Shown here one piece after another: positions 1 through 8,307 of a DNA stretch of 64,000 nt; the first letter of the stretch is position 1; each line of letters begins with the position of its first letter. This stretch comes from an uncultured Candidatus Saccharibacteria bacterium. GTDB taxonomy: Bacteria > Patescibacteriota > Saccharimonadia > CAILAD01 > JADZBC01. The stretch covers positions 45,319-109,318 of the forward strand of contig CAZRJR010000001.1 in the NCBI GenBank assembly GCA_964600985.1. The letters are read 5' to 3'. Position numbers and translations under genes: made by a program. The notes below the pieces were generated by a model. The model saw only the letters and a program-made list of their open reading frames with translations. It did no database searches and was not told the DNA's origin.

Positions 1-567
1 AGTACGCCTATCATAAATGGTGGCGATGGCCGCGGTCAGCACCCCACTCAGGCTATGCTGGACCTCTATACGATTCGTCGCGAATTGGGCGTGCTCGAAG
101 ACCTCCATGTAGTGATTGGCGGTGACTTAGCAAACGGCCGCACTGGCCGTTCGCTGGTCTATTTACTCTCTAAGTATTCTGGGGTGCGCTTCAGCTTTGT
201 AGCACCCGAGAGTTTAGAAATGAGCCAAGATATAAAGGATCACTTGGCCGAGCACAGCATTCCGTTCCGGGAAACGCAAGAACTCGATGAAGTGTTGGCT
301 GACGCCGACGTAGTGTACTGGACGCGCGTACAAAAGGAGCGCCTGGCTGAAGGGGTGGATTACGTTGCTGTTTCGAGCCACTACGAACTTGGCCGAGAAC
401 ACTTAGGGCAGATGAAGCAAAAGTCGATAATCATGCATTCCTTGCCCAGAGTAAACGAGATTAAGACAGAAGTAGACAGCGACCCACGAGCAGCTTATTT
501 TCGCCAAGCGGGCTATGGCTTGCCGGTACGCATGGCAATATTTGAGTGGTCGATTGGACTAAAGTAG
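1..567 (+). CDS. pyrB: aspartate carbamoyltransferase catalytic chain, C-terminal part (5' end lies outside window)
   Basis: Frame 1 is open from nt 1 (STPIINGGDGRGQHPTQAMLDLYTI...). It carries the HPTQ carbamoyl-phosphate motif and the HSLP-type motif (IMHSLPRVNEI) of the ATCase/OTCase fold. The 55..567 entry in the ORF track is the internal-Met remainder. Confidence 0.8.
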   Translation, partial: STPIINGGDGRGQHPTQAMLDLYTIRRELGVLEDLHVVIGGDLANGRTGRSLVYLLSKYSGVRFSFVAPESLEMSQDIKDHLAEHSIPFRETQELDEVLADADVVYWTRVQKERLAEGVDYVAVSSHYELGREHLGQMKQKSIIMHSLPRVNEIKTEVDSDPRAAYFRQAGYGLPVRMAIFEWSIGLK

Positions 568-571
568 CGCA

Positions 572-1351
572 CTAGTTCCGTCCGAGGCGCTTGTCTTCGA
601 TCCGATTGTGAAATCCTTGGCTCGATAATTGTACTAGATTCACTACCTTGTCAGATAAGAATATCTCCACCCCGCTCGCAAGTGGCTTGCTGTAGCCGTC
701 AAAAATAATTTGCAGTGGCCGCTCTGCCAGCGTGGCATTGTCACACATGACCGCAACTACACGATCGCCTGCGAGCACGTGTGGTCGTTGCAGGCTCGAG
801 TACTGAACCGATACATGTGGGTTGTTCGGCGTGACTACATAGGCGTTCTGAATGGTATTGTCTATGATCGGCCCACCGCTTGCGAGCGAGTAGGCAGTAG
901 AGCCCAGCGGTGTTGCAAAGATAATGCCATCACCCACGAAGCTACCGGGTGAGTCTCCGATTTGTAAACTAAACTTGGCCGCGCGGGCACCAAGGCGTTC
1001 GATCGAAATATCATTAAACGCATAGCCAATTATGCCCATGGTATCGCGGGCGGCAAGTAGGGGCGCGGTAATAGTAGAGTAGGAGTCCTCTTGGAGTGCC
1101 CTAATGAGCTTCTCGGTATCGCTAGGTTCAACTGCCTGCAGAAATCCAAGTGTGCCTGCCGATACCCCTACAAATGTTTCAACTGAATCTATGTGGTCGC
1201 GAATCGCCTTGAGCAGTGTACCATCGCCGCCAATGGCAAAAACAATGGGTTTACTTGGTGTATAGTCCAGGCGAGCAATCGCGTCGCGGAGCTGTTGCTC
1301 GACCTTTTGGGACTTGTCGGTTGGCTTGGTAATAAAGATCGGCTCGGCCAT
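572..1351 (-). CDS. nadK: NAD+ kinase
   Basis: 259 aa with the GGDGT motif (VFAIGGDGTLLKAIR) and the NAD-kinase C-terminal beta-sandwich pattern. Confidence 0.85.
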   Translation of the reverse strand: MAEPIFITKPTDKSQKVEQQLRDAIARLDYTPSKPIVFAIGGDGTLLKAIRDHIDSVETFVGVSAGTLGFLQAVEPSDTEKLIRALQEDSYSTITAPLLAARDTMGIIGYAFNDISIERLGARAAKFSLQIGDSPGSFVGDGIIFATPLGSTAYSLASGGPIIDNTIQNAYVVTPNNPHVSVQYSSLQRPHVLAGDRVVAVMCDNATLAERPLQIIFDGYSKPLASGVEIFLSDKVVNLVQLSSQGFHNRIEDKRLGRN

Positions 1352-1359
1352 AGTGCGGG

Positions 1360-1644
1360 CTACACCTTAAACATAATTATTATAGTAAAGGTCATTACTA
1401 GGCCACCTAGCAGTTTGCGAAAACTGCTATCGCCGTTGGTGATCTCTAGGTAGGCCCAGGTAAACAAAAAAGCCATACTCAAAACGCCGAAGCCGTGTTG
1501 TAATGTATTATTGATTGGTAGCATACTCATGAGCTTAGAGCTAATCCAGCCGATTATCGGTAGGTTGGGGGCTTGGGCTATCACAATATTACCGTCACTA
1601 TTACTGCAAAAGTCTTTGATTCTGTGGTTAAATCTTTTTGCCAT
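1360..1644 (-). CDS. small hypothetical membrane protein
   Basis: 94-aa ORF 9 nt downstream of nadK on the same strand, with two hydrophobic stretches. No recognisable motif. Confidence 0.3.
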   Translation of the reverse strand: MAKRFNHRIKDFCSNSDGNIVIAQAPNLPIIGWISSKLMSMLPINNTLQHGFGVLSMAFLFTWAYLEITNGDSSFRKLLGGLVMTFTIIIMFKV

Positions 1645-1733
1645 AGATTTAAGTATAGCAGCTTGAGTCGGGCCACACCGGCTAGATACTGTACCTACGC
1701 TAACAAATAGACATAGTGTCGGTGTAGCACAAC

Positions 1734-2093
1734 CTACCTGGCATCCTGGGCAATTTTACGAATTGCTTTGGCGCGAGACCTTATAACGTTCTTTATAAGC
1801 TCGTCCGACAAGGGATGTTCGAGAGTGAATTGAATAGTTCCTTTTGACGTGGTGAATCCGCTAAGCTGTGGATCCAGTTCGGCAATAGCCTCGGCACCAG
1901 GGAATATACTTAAGTGTTCTTTGAACGCTGCGTAAGCGATCAGGTACTTACCTGCTAGTTTGAATCCCGGCATACCATAGGTAATGCATTCTGTAGCCTC
2001 GGGTTCTGTTTGCTGGATTAGCTTGCGTACGCGTTGCAGTTCGGCGCGCTGTGGAGCTTTTAGCTTGTTGAGGTAATCTTCAACTTCTTTCAT
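1734..2093 (-). CDS. DUF1801 (YdhG-like) domain protein
   Basis: 119 aa. The pattern of the KYLIAYAAFKEHLSIFPG and GTIQF segments is recalled as the DUF1801 family. Assigned from memory. Confidence 0.5.
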   Translation of the reverse strand: MKEVEDYLNKLKAPQRAELQRVRKLIQQTEPEATECITYGMPGFKLAGKYLIAYAAFKEHLSIFPGAEAIAELDPQLSGFTTSKGTIQFTLEHPLSDELIKNVIRSRAKAIRKIAQDAR

Positions 2094-2217
2094 ATTTATA
2101 GTGTAGCAGAAGTTTCTTTACAATTCCTCAGCTAGTTCCTACCCGGCTTGTCAGACATAGTAATTACGCTTATCATGGCTGTAGTACGAAAAGCGTAAGG
2201 CTTTTGTTTAGAGAGGA

Positions 2218-4128
2218 GTGTCGGGAAATATGGCCAGACTACCTGTTCCTGGTAGCGATAAGGGTACCTGGGGTGAAGTACTTAATGAATTCTTATCCGT
2301 AGAACACAATGCCGACGGTACGCTGAAGCCGGGCGGTACGCTTGGTGCGTATGCTCCTAAAGCGAACCCTACTTTTACAGGTGTAGTAACGGTCCCCACT
2401 CCCACGAATGCCACTGATGCAGTTACTAAGGCGTATGCCGATAATCTGGTAGTAGGTGGCGCACCTGATGCTACAAGTAGTGCAAAAGGTCTCATTCAGC
2501 TTACTGGCGATCTCGGTGGTAGCGCGGCTAACCCTAGCGTGCCTGGCTTGGCGAGTAAAGTGCCTACCTCGCGCACAGTTAATGGCCACGCTCTCTCGGC
2601 AGACATTACGCTTAGTAAAGCAGATCTTGGCCTTGGTAGTGTAGACAACACGTCCGATGCCGGCAAGCCGGTCTCAGCCGCCACTGCCGCGGCATTGGAA
2701 GGCAAAGCAGACAAAAGTGCAGTGCCGGTAAACGTTAAGGATTATGGTGCTGTTGGGGATGGAGCTTCGAATGACACAAGTGCTTTTACAGCAGCTATAA
2801 CAGCGGCTGGCTCGACTCGTTCGATATTTGTCCCAGCCGGTACCTACAAGGTTGATCCAGACTCCATTGCTCTTAGTACGAATGCTGTGATTAAAGGTGA
2901 ATACTATGCTCGCACAATTATTATTTCATCTTCGGGTACCAAGGTGGGATCTGGTATTTCTATTCAAGGCCAAGGCGTCGAAGTGTCCAACCTTTATATT
3001 CGGGGCTACTATTCAGGCATTGAGAATTCTTACTCAAACACAAAGATCTATGACAATAAGTTGTCGTACAACGTCATAGGTATTGATTATGCCGCTAACT
3101 CTTACATAACTAAAGCTCGCGGAAACGAAATTACCTTTAATGATTTAGGCATCATAATCCGTACAAACGCACAGCCTTACCAGCTGCTTGTGACTGAGAA
3201 CACCATAGATAATAATAATGGCGTTGGGATTGCCGTATATGCGACTTCGGGTGGGTTAGTGATCGAGAATAACACCATAGAAGGAAACAGGAACTACTCG
3301 ACTAATGTAGGCTGCGGCATACTGATTAAAAGCTCTAATCTTTCGCGAATAAAGATTGATGGTAATTGGTTTGAGACCAATGGCAATCACGCCACTACTG
3401 CGGTAGATATTCTTATGCTAGCGCCCAACACCGAGCCTAGTACAGGAGCTGCATTACGCTCGGCCATTGTAGGTGTTTTACCTACAGGAGAGCAAGCAAA
3501 TTTTACAAGCGGCGGGTGTGCGTATGGTGCCGTGTCGATTACCAATAATGCCTTCATATTTACCAAGTACAATGTGGTGGTGGCTGGATATAAAACTTTG
3601 GTAGGTATTGCAGACAATAGCTTTAAGGGTGTACTAAATCTAAACAATAAGCATATTTTCCTGAATGTTCCCTCGGGCACTACCGGTATGGGTGGCGGCC
3701 GTGTTGTGATCAATGGCAATGGATACAAGAATTCTGACAATGCTGCGATTGACGCTCAGGTGTCCACTGGGATTGGCGACTCTATTGTATATGCCGACAG
3801 CGTGCTCAGCGGAGCAGGGGACATCTACATATATAACGACAACCCTGTAAATCAGATTATCCAAAAGTCCTCCACGTATACCATTACAGCTACAGACTCT
3901 ATCATTAGTGCTGACGCTACAAGTTCGCCATTTACCATTACACTCCCTAGTGCAGTTAATAATACTGGCAGGACCTATGTAGTGAAGCGTGTAAATGCTG
4001 GCGGGAATGATGTCACTCTCAGTGCTGCAGCCGCAGAGACGATAGACGGTGCTGCATCGGCAATGCTAACTGCTCAGTGGCAAACGGTAAAAGTTATATC
4101 AGATGGATCGAACTGGCTTACCGTGTAG
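2218..4128 (+). CDS. phage-tail-fibre-like surface protein with pectin-lyase-type right-handed beta-helix (paralog 1)
   Basis: 636 aa. The N-terminal ~100 aa is nearly identical in pattern to ORF 23695..25086 (LPxPGxDKGTWGEVLNExL...). It carries the phage tail-fibre repeat ANPTFTGVVTVPTPTNATDAVTKAYAD. The central region has the VKDYGAVGDGASNDTSAF motif typical of the pectate-lyase-3/tailspike beta-helix, followed by repetitive N/G-rich beta-helix coils (NNNGVGIAVYATSGGLVIENNTIEGN). Confidence 0.8.
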   Translation: MSGNMARLPVPGSDKGTWGEVLNEFLSVEHNADGTLKPGGTLGAYAPKANPTFTGVVTVPTPTNATDAVTKAYADNLVVGGAPDATSSAKGLIQLTGDLGGSAANPSVPGLASKVPTSRTVNGHALSADITLSKADLGLGSVDNTSDAGKPVSAATAAALEGKADKSAVPVNVKDYGAVGDGASNDTSAFTAAITAAGSTRSIFVPAGTYKVDPDSIALSTNAVIKGEYYARTIIISSSGTKVGSGISIQGQGVEVSNLYIRGYYSGIENSYSNTKIYDNKLSYNVIGIDYAANSYITKARGNEITFNDLGIIIRTNAQPYQLLVTENTIDNNNGVGIAVYATSGGLVIENNTIEGNRNYSTNVGCGILIKSSNLSRIKIDGNWFETNGNHATTAVDILMLAPNTEPSTGAALRSAIVGVLPTGEQANFTSGGCAYGAVSITNNAFIFTKYNVVVAGYKTLVGIADNSFKGVLNLNNKHIFLNVPSGTTGMGGGRVVINGNGYKNSDNAAIDAQVSTGIGDSIVYADSVLSGAGDIYIYNDNPVNQIIQKSSTYTITATDSIISADATSSPFTITLPSAVNNTGRTYVVKRVNAGGNDVTLSAAAAETIDGAASAMLTAQWQTVKVISDGSNWLTV

Positions 4129-4191
4129 CGGCATGCAGATTAGTTATGTGTGCAGCCGGAGAATATGGAGATCACTCCCTTGTCCACGTAT

Positions 4192-4602
4192 CTATAGCTC
4201 GGGAAGCAGTGCATACATTGCGCTTCCCGGGAGCCGCTTTCTGAAGCCAGACTTGGCCCGAGATATGTCATTACTCTGTGGCAGGTTGATCCATGGATCC
4301 ATCCAGTGGTTGCCGTGCCTTACAAGGTAGTGCCCTGCAGGATACTTTTTTGACCTGCGAATTAATACTATCGTTCCTTCTTTATAAATATGCCCCCGTA
4401 GCTTTTTGTTTATGTATCTTGATTGGTAGCGCAGCCCATTGTTGTTTAGTGCTCTGGCAAGGTCTTTCACCCAAAACCTGTTACTCTTGGCTTGCTTTGG
4501 GCCGAGTAAATCTTCGGCTCGCTTGTAGCTAGTGTTAAGAAGGAAGGCAAAACAGGCTATTCCGCAGCCGTATTCAAACTCTTGAGTTATGCTTTTTCTC
4601 AT
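4192..4602 (-). CDS. papain-like cysteine peptidase, C39-like (BtrH-like) domain protein
   Basis: 136 aa. EYGCGIACFAFLL is a candidate Cys-containing motif and GHYLVRHGNHW a downstream His, as in the standalone Peptidase_C39_2 family. Assigned from memory. Confidence 0.4.
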   Translation of the reverse strand: MRKSITQEFEYGCGIACFAFLLNTSYKRAEDLLGPKQAKSNRFWVKDLARALNNNGLRYQSRYINKKLRGHIYKEGTIVLIRRSKKYPAGHYLVRHGNHWMDPWINLPQSNDISRAKSGFRKRLPGSAMYALLPEL

Positions 4603-4794
4603 ACCAAGAGTGTAGATTTTCTAATTATATATGCAATCTAATAAATACGTTAGTTGATTTTAGAAGGCTTTCACCGAAAGAACTTTTGTGTGCAGTGTTG
4701 GGTGCAGTGGCGTCCGCCTAAAACTTTAAAAGACACTGAGCTTTACAAGCCCAAATGCTTATGTTACCGTTAAGAAATAAGCTGGGATATCAAG

Positions 4795-5301
4795 ATGGCT
4801 CAAGTCAAACCAAGACAACTCTCCGGAAAAAAATCCACGAAAAATAGCAAATTAATCAAACCAAATAAAATGAGCAAGAAGGGCTTAGTGCCTGTCATCG
4901 CGGTTGTTGTGCTTGTTGGTGGATTTGTGGTGTTAAAAACTTTTGCTTCAGGAACACCGAATCGAACATCCAGGTCAGTTAAGTTCAGTAAATCTTACAC
5001 AAGTGGAAAGTTCAAAAGTACTGACGGCAAAGTATGCGTCACAGCTCGCTTTAATAGCAAGTTCTTTCCAGGTATAAAGGATAAGTATTACTGGGCGGTT
5101 CAAGTTTGGGATAGGCAGGGGTTCTATGCTACCGTAGCAACTTCGAAAAAGTATCAGGCTAACGGTAATCGCGATCATGAATGTTATGATGGGCGTATCT
5201 ACAAGGGGAATACGTACCGAGTACAATTCTTAGACGGTGATCCAACATACAACTATACTATAAAGGGGAGTTACTACGCGTCTGGCTTCTATCGTAAGTA
5301 G
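4795..5301 (+). CDS. membrane-anchored hypothetical protein (Lys-rich N-terminus, one TM, Tyr/Cys-rich ectodomain)
   Basis: 168 aa with a KK-rich cytoplasmic head, the TM segment VPVIAVVVLVGGFVVL and a C-terminal Y/K-rich domain. Confidence 0.5.
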   Translation: MAQVKPRQLSGKKSTKNSKLIKPNKMSKKGLVPVIAVVVLVGGFVVLKTFASGTPNRTSRSVKFSKSYTSGKFKSTDGKVCVTARFNSKFFPGIKDKYYWAVQVWDRQGFYATVATSKKYQANGNRDHECYDGRIYKGNTYRVQFLDGDPTYNYTIKGSYYASGFYRK

Positions 5302-5343
5302 TTACTAGCATCTCTAAAGCTAGAAATATGCAGACTGTCAGCG

Positions 5344-6303
5344 CTAAAATTCTCCCGCAAAGCTAATTTCGGGTTCAAGGTGGTAACCTGTCTTAGCCAA
5401 TACTTCCTGTTGGATAGAGGCAATAGCATCCCGTATATCTTTAGCAGAGGCTTGCCCTAGATTGAGAATATAATTAGCATGTAATTCTGATATCATCGCG
5501 CCACCAAAGCACCTGCCCTTTAGGTTTGCCCTCTCGATGAGTCGGCCTGCACCAACTCCTTCAATCTTTTTAAAGACCGAACCGCATGACGGATAGTCTT
5601 CGAGCTGTGGCTGCTTAGACTTACGCCACGCTAAGTTTTCTGCAATACGGTGGTTTATTGTCGATCTGTTGCTCGGCTTAAGCTGGAAGCTAGCTTCGAG
5701 CACGACAATGTTGGCATGGTGTAAGATCGAATCATCATAACCGAACTTAAAGAAGGTTTTGTCGACCACCTTTGTATTATTGTCACTATCAAGAATAACG
5801 CTTGAGACAAATAATTCGCTAATAAAAGCTGTGCTCTTTCGGTCAGGTGACAAAAAGTGCAAGTTTTGTCGGAGTGCCCCACCTACACTGCTTGGAATGC
5901 CTACAAAGTGTTCGAGACCAGAAAGTGACTTGGCCTGAGAAGCTGTTATGAGCTTACTAATAGGGGTACCACTTTCACTTACAAGCTTGTGGCGTTCGAA
6001 GTGAAAAGCACGAGCTTGGTTAAGGATCACAATACCGCGAAAGCCCTTATCGCCAATTAGTATGTTGGCGCCTGTGCCCAGGATAAAGTAGGGAATTTTG
6101 CAACGTCTTGCATATAGGACGGCATCCTTGAGCTCATCTTGTGAGTGCACAGTTACAAACAGATCGGCCGGCCCACCAATTCTGTAGGTTGTATACGGTG
6201 CTAAAGAAATGTGCTTTTCTATCCTTCTAGGGTCTAGCATCCCATAATCATAGCAGCCAACGTGACTTCGGCAAAGGAGCTCTGATCTTGTATGTTGCAG
6301 CAC
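5344..6303 (-). CDS. murB: UDP-N-acetylenolpyruvoylglucosamine reductase
   Basis: 319 aa. The FAD-binding N-terminal motif YTTYRIGGPADLFV and GTGANILIGDKGFRGIVI match the MurB pattern. Confidence 0.85.
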   Translation of the reverse strand: MLQHTRSELLCRSHVGCYDYGMLDPRRIEKHISLAPYTTYRIGGPADLFVTVHSQDELKDAVLYARRCKIPYFILGTGANILIGDKGFRGIVILNQARAFHFERHKLVSESGTPISKLITASQAKSLSGLEHFVGIPSSVGGALRQNLHFLSPDRKSTAFISELFVSSVILDSDNNTKVVDKTFFKFGYDDSILHHANIVVLEASFQLKPSNRSTINHRIAENLAWRKSKQPQLEDYPSCGSVFKKIEGVGAGRLIERANLKGRCFGGAMISELHANYILNLGQASAKDIRDAIASIQQEVLAKTGYHLEPEISFAGEF

Positions 6304-6359
6304 GGAGCACCGTGCTATCTGATCACGCGGGCCTTCTTTTTGAATTTACACTGTAACTT

Positions 6360-6395
6360 AGACTCCCGTAAAGGAGTCTAGTCTTGGAGAGTGCC
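6360..6395. repeat. att-like repeat copy A (degenerate) of the tRNA-Lys 3'-flank element
   Basis: agactcccgtaaaggagtctagtcttggagagtgcc contains a perfect hairpin (agactcc-cgtaaa-ggagtct). It aligns to copies B and C with an internal deletion. Confidence 0.6.
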
Positions 6396-6535
6396 TGAAA
6401 GCCATCTGGAGGCAATGGTAGAGTTAATCGCAAATGAGTTATACAAAACGGAGTAACGAAAGACCGCCCGGTGAAGGACGATCTTGTCGTCCGCACCGAG
6501 CGGTGGAGTAACCAGGTAACTCCTGGCGAGCATCG

Positions 6536-7048
6536 CTACCAGACGAGGTAAGCGTCCCCATGAGGATCGAACGCGAGCCCTGACCCATCGATGGGCCGGA
6601 CTTCCACCTCGTAGCTGGGACGAGTCTCCTGGCTGACGAAGGGCTGCCTGAGCCACTTCTCGATACGGAGGCCGAGGTCGTTCGAGATGGCCTGCCTGCG
6701 CATCTCGTAGCCGTCTTCGCAGTCCGGGTCATCTTTGCGGACCAGCTCTGTCGCATCTCGATCGCCTGGCTGGACGTCGATCGCCCAGTCGTCGTGGTTG
6801 AAGTCCCACGGGTGCTGCCGGTGAACGCGGATCTTGACCTCGCCAGGGGTGATCTTGGTCTTGTCGACCTGACTCACGGCACGAGCAACCATCTTGGGCA
6901 GATCCAGAAGGAACCGCCGCGTGAGCTCGAAGCTGTAGGGGAAGCCCGACGTAGTGCATCCAGGGACTTGGCTGCGCCACTTCGCCTCATGGATCTGGTC
7001 TTCATCGGGCAGCCAGCTGGCTGCACAGAAAACATCAACTACGGGCAT
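6536..7048 (-). CDS. hypothetical protein on GC-rich insert
   Basis: 170-aa ORF in a visibly GC-rich block (~6400..7060) that lies between att-like repeat copies A and B. No motif recognised. Confidence 0.5.
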   Translation of the reverse strand: MPVVDVFCAASWLPDEDQIHEAKWRSQVPGCTTSGFPYSFELTRRFLLDLPKMVARAVSQVDKTKITPGEVKIRVHRQHPWDFNHDDWAIDVQPGDRDATELVRKDDPDCEDGYEMRRQAISNDLGLRIEKWLRQPFVSQETRPSYEVEVRPIDGSGLAFDPHGDAYLVW

Positions 7049-7180
7049 TGTAGCCCTCCTTGTTCAGGACGGGCTAGCCGTCATTGGTCATTCCTAACAC
7101 GAGAACTGGTAAATAGTAGTATAAATACATGAAAAAGTCAATGCATTTAAGCCCAAGCAAAAAGTAGTATTTAACTTATT

Positions 7181-7226
7181 AGACTCCCACAAAGGGGTCT
7201 TCAAGCATAAGGTCTATGGAGGGCCA
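7181..7226. repeat. att-like repeat copy B (46 bp)
   Basis: agactcccacaaaggggtcttcaagcataaggtctatggagggcca has 2 mismatches to copy C at 7998..8043. The final tggagggcca duplicates the reverse-complement 3' end of tRNA-Lys (acceptor + discriminator + CCA). Confidence 0.8.
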
Positions 7227-7257
7227 TCGTAGTGCCAGTAGCAACTGCTATAAGGAG

Positions 7258-7974
7258 CTAAGCAGCTGCGGCTAAAGTCACGCTACTAATGTCCCGCTCG
7301 AGAATAGCCTTACGATCAGAGCCAACATCTAAGCCGTAGGCGTTATAAAAAAATGCTTCTGCGTAATCTTCATTAGGCGCCTTACTGCCATATTTTGTTA
7401 CTGCAGTCTCGGACGATAGGGAAACGAAACCAACTCCCTCTGTACCGTATGCTCGTGCTTCTAACATATGACCCATTTCGTGCACGATAGTAATCTCTCC
7501 ATAGCTTAGGTCTGGGCTAACTTTTGAGGTCCAGTCGCCAGGATTAAGAAAGCCCATTTCGACGAGCAGGGCTTCTACATCGCCCACACTCATTGCGGCT
7601 TTTGATGCATCCATAATTATTGCGTTTTCATCTGCTAATGCCTCGCCGCCTGTATCAATTGCTCCATCAGCAAAGTAAATCTTAAGTCCAGGAAATGCTG
7701 CTTCAAGCTGACCACCGAATTGATCTTGCAGCCGATCTAGTGCCGCCTTAGCAGCAGAGGCAAGTGCTTCCATCTGCTCTATGTTGCCAAGCCCTATGAC
7801 CTCGATACCTCCCACGGAGGCCATGGCGTGCTGCTCTGACCCAAATTGTTGCAATATCGTTTCTATTCGGCTAGACTCCATCTCCTTTTCTTGAGGTATC
7901 ATCGCCTTTAACTCATCAGCCAGCTTTTGTGGCTTATCCGTAGCTTCCTCGGGGTTGTTCGAGAGGGTTTCCAT
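7258..7974 (-). CDS. HExxH zinc-metallopeptidase-like protein
   Basis: VHEMGHMLEARAYG carries an HExxH motif. The ORF track extends to 8061, but that start would overlap repeat copy C and the tRNA-Lys 3' end, so the internal Met at 7974 (METLSNN...) is preferred. Confidence 0.55.
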   Translation of the reverse strand: METLSNNPEEATDKPQKLADELKAMIPQEKEMESSRIETILQQFGSEQHAMASVGGIEVIGLGNIEQMEALASAAKAALDRLQDQFGGQLEAAFPGLKIYFADGAIDTGGEALADENAIIMDASKAAMSVGDVEALLVEMGFLNPGDWTSKVSPDLSYGEITIVHEMGHMLEARAYGTEGVGFVSLSSETAVTKYGSKAPNEDYAEAFFYNAYGLDVGSDRKAILERDISSVTLAAAA

Positions 7975-7997
7975 GGACTCATCATACCAACCAAAAA

Positions 7998-8043
7998 AGA
8001 CTCCCGCAAAGGGGTCTTCAATCATAAGGTCTATGGAGGGCCA
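7998..8043. repeat. att-like repeat copy C: tRNA-Lys 3' end plus downstream terminator hairpin (46 bp)
   Basis: agactcccgcaaaggggtcttcaatcataaggtctatggagggcca overlaps the last ~10 nt of tRNA-Lys. On the minus-strand transcript the hairpin is followed by a T6 tract. Confidence 0.8.
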
Positions 8044-8110
8044 GGTGGGATTCGAACCCACGACATGCTGCTTAAGAGGCAGCCGCTCTAACCAACTGAG
8101 CTACTGGCCC
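8034..8110 (-). tRNA. tRNA-Lys (anticodon CTT), CCA encoded
   Basis: The reverse complement reads GGGCCAGTAGCTCAGTTGGTTAGAGCGGCTGCCTCTTAAGCAGCATGTCGTGGGTTCGAATCCCACCTGGCCCTCCA. It folds as a cloverleaf with anticodon loop CTCTTAA and T-loop GTTCGAATC. Confidence 0.85.
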
Positions 8111-8134
8111 GCAATTGTGCGGACATATTGTGCA

Positions 8135-8211
8135 TGGTGCGCCCTGAGGGATTCGAACCCCCGGCCTTCTGATCCGAAGTCAGACGCTCTATCCAGCTGA
8201 GCTAAGGGCGC
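8135..8211 (-). tRNA. tRNA-Arg (anticodon TCG), CCA encoded
   Basis: The reverse complement reads GCGCCCTTAGCTCAGCTGGATAGAGCGTCTGACTTCGGATCAGAAGGCCGGGGGTTCGAATCCCTCAGGGCGCACCA. The anticodon loop is CTTCGGA and the D-loop has A20 (CTGGATAG), typical of Arg. Confidence 0.85.
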
Positions 8212-8307
8212 ATCTCTCATTTAGTGAGGCTCAAGAACCAGGTTATTTTAGCACAAAAATTCATCCACGGCTAGACCTGTTATATAGGAGTCACTACCAG
8301 TATAATA

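Noticed and set aside
2208-2714. Antisense ORFs (2208..2495, 2293..2589, 2496..2714) inside the fibre-like gene, and similar antisense ORFs inside 23695..25086 (24032..24352, 24479..24712, 24805..25065)
   Set aside because: They are embedded in long motif-supported genes on the opposite strand and are composition-driven open frames.
7955-8200. 81-aa ORF on the plus strand spanning both minus-strand tRNA genes (contains GQVGFEPTT, the translation of a T-loop)
   Set aside because: It is the antisense translation of tRNA-Lys and tRNA-Arg and is not a gene.
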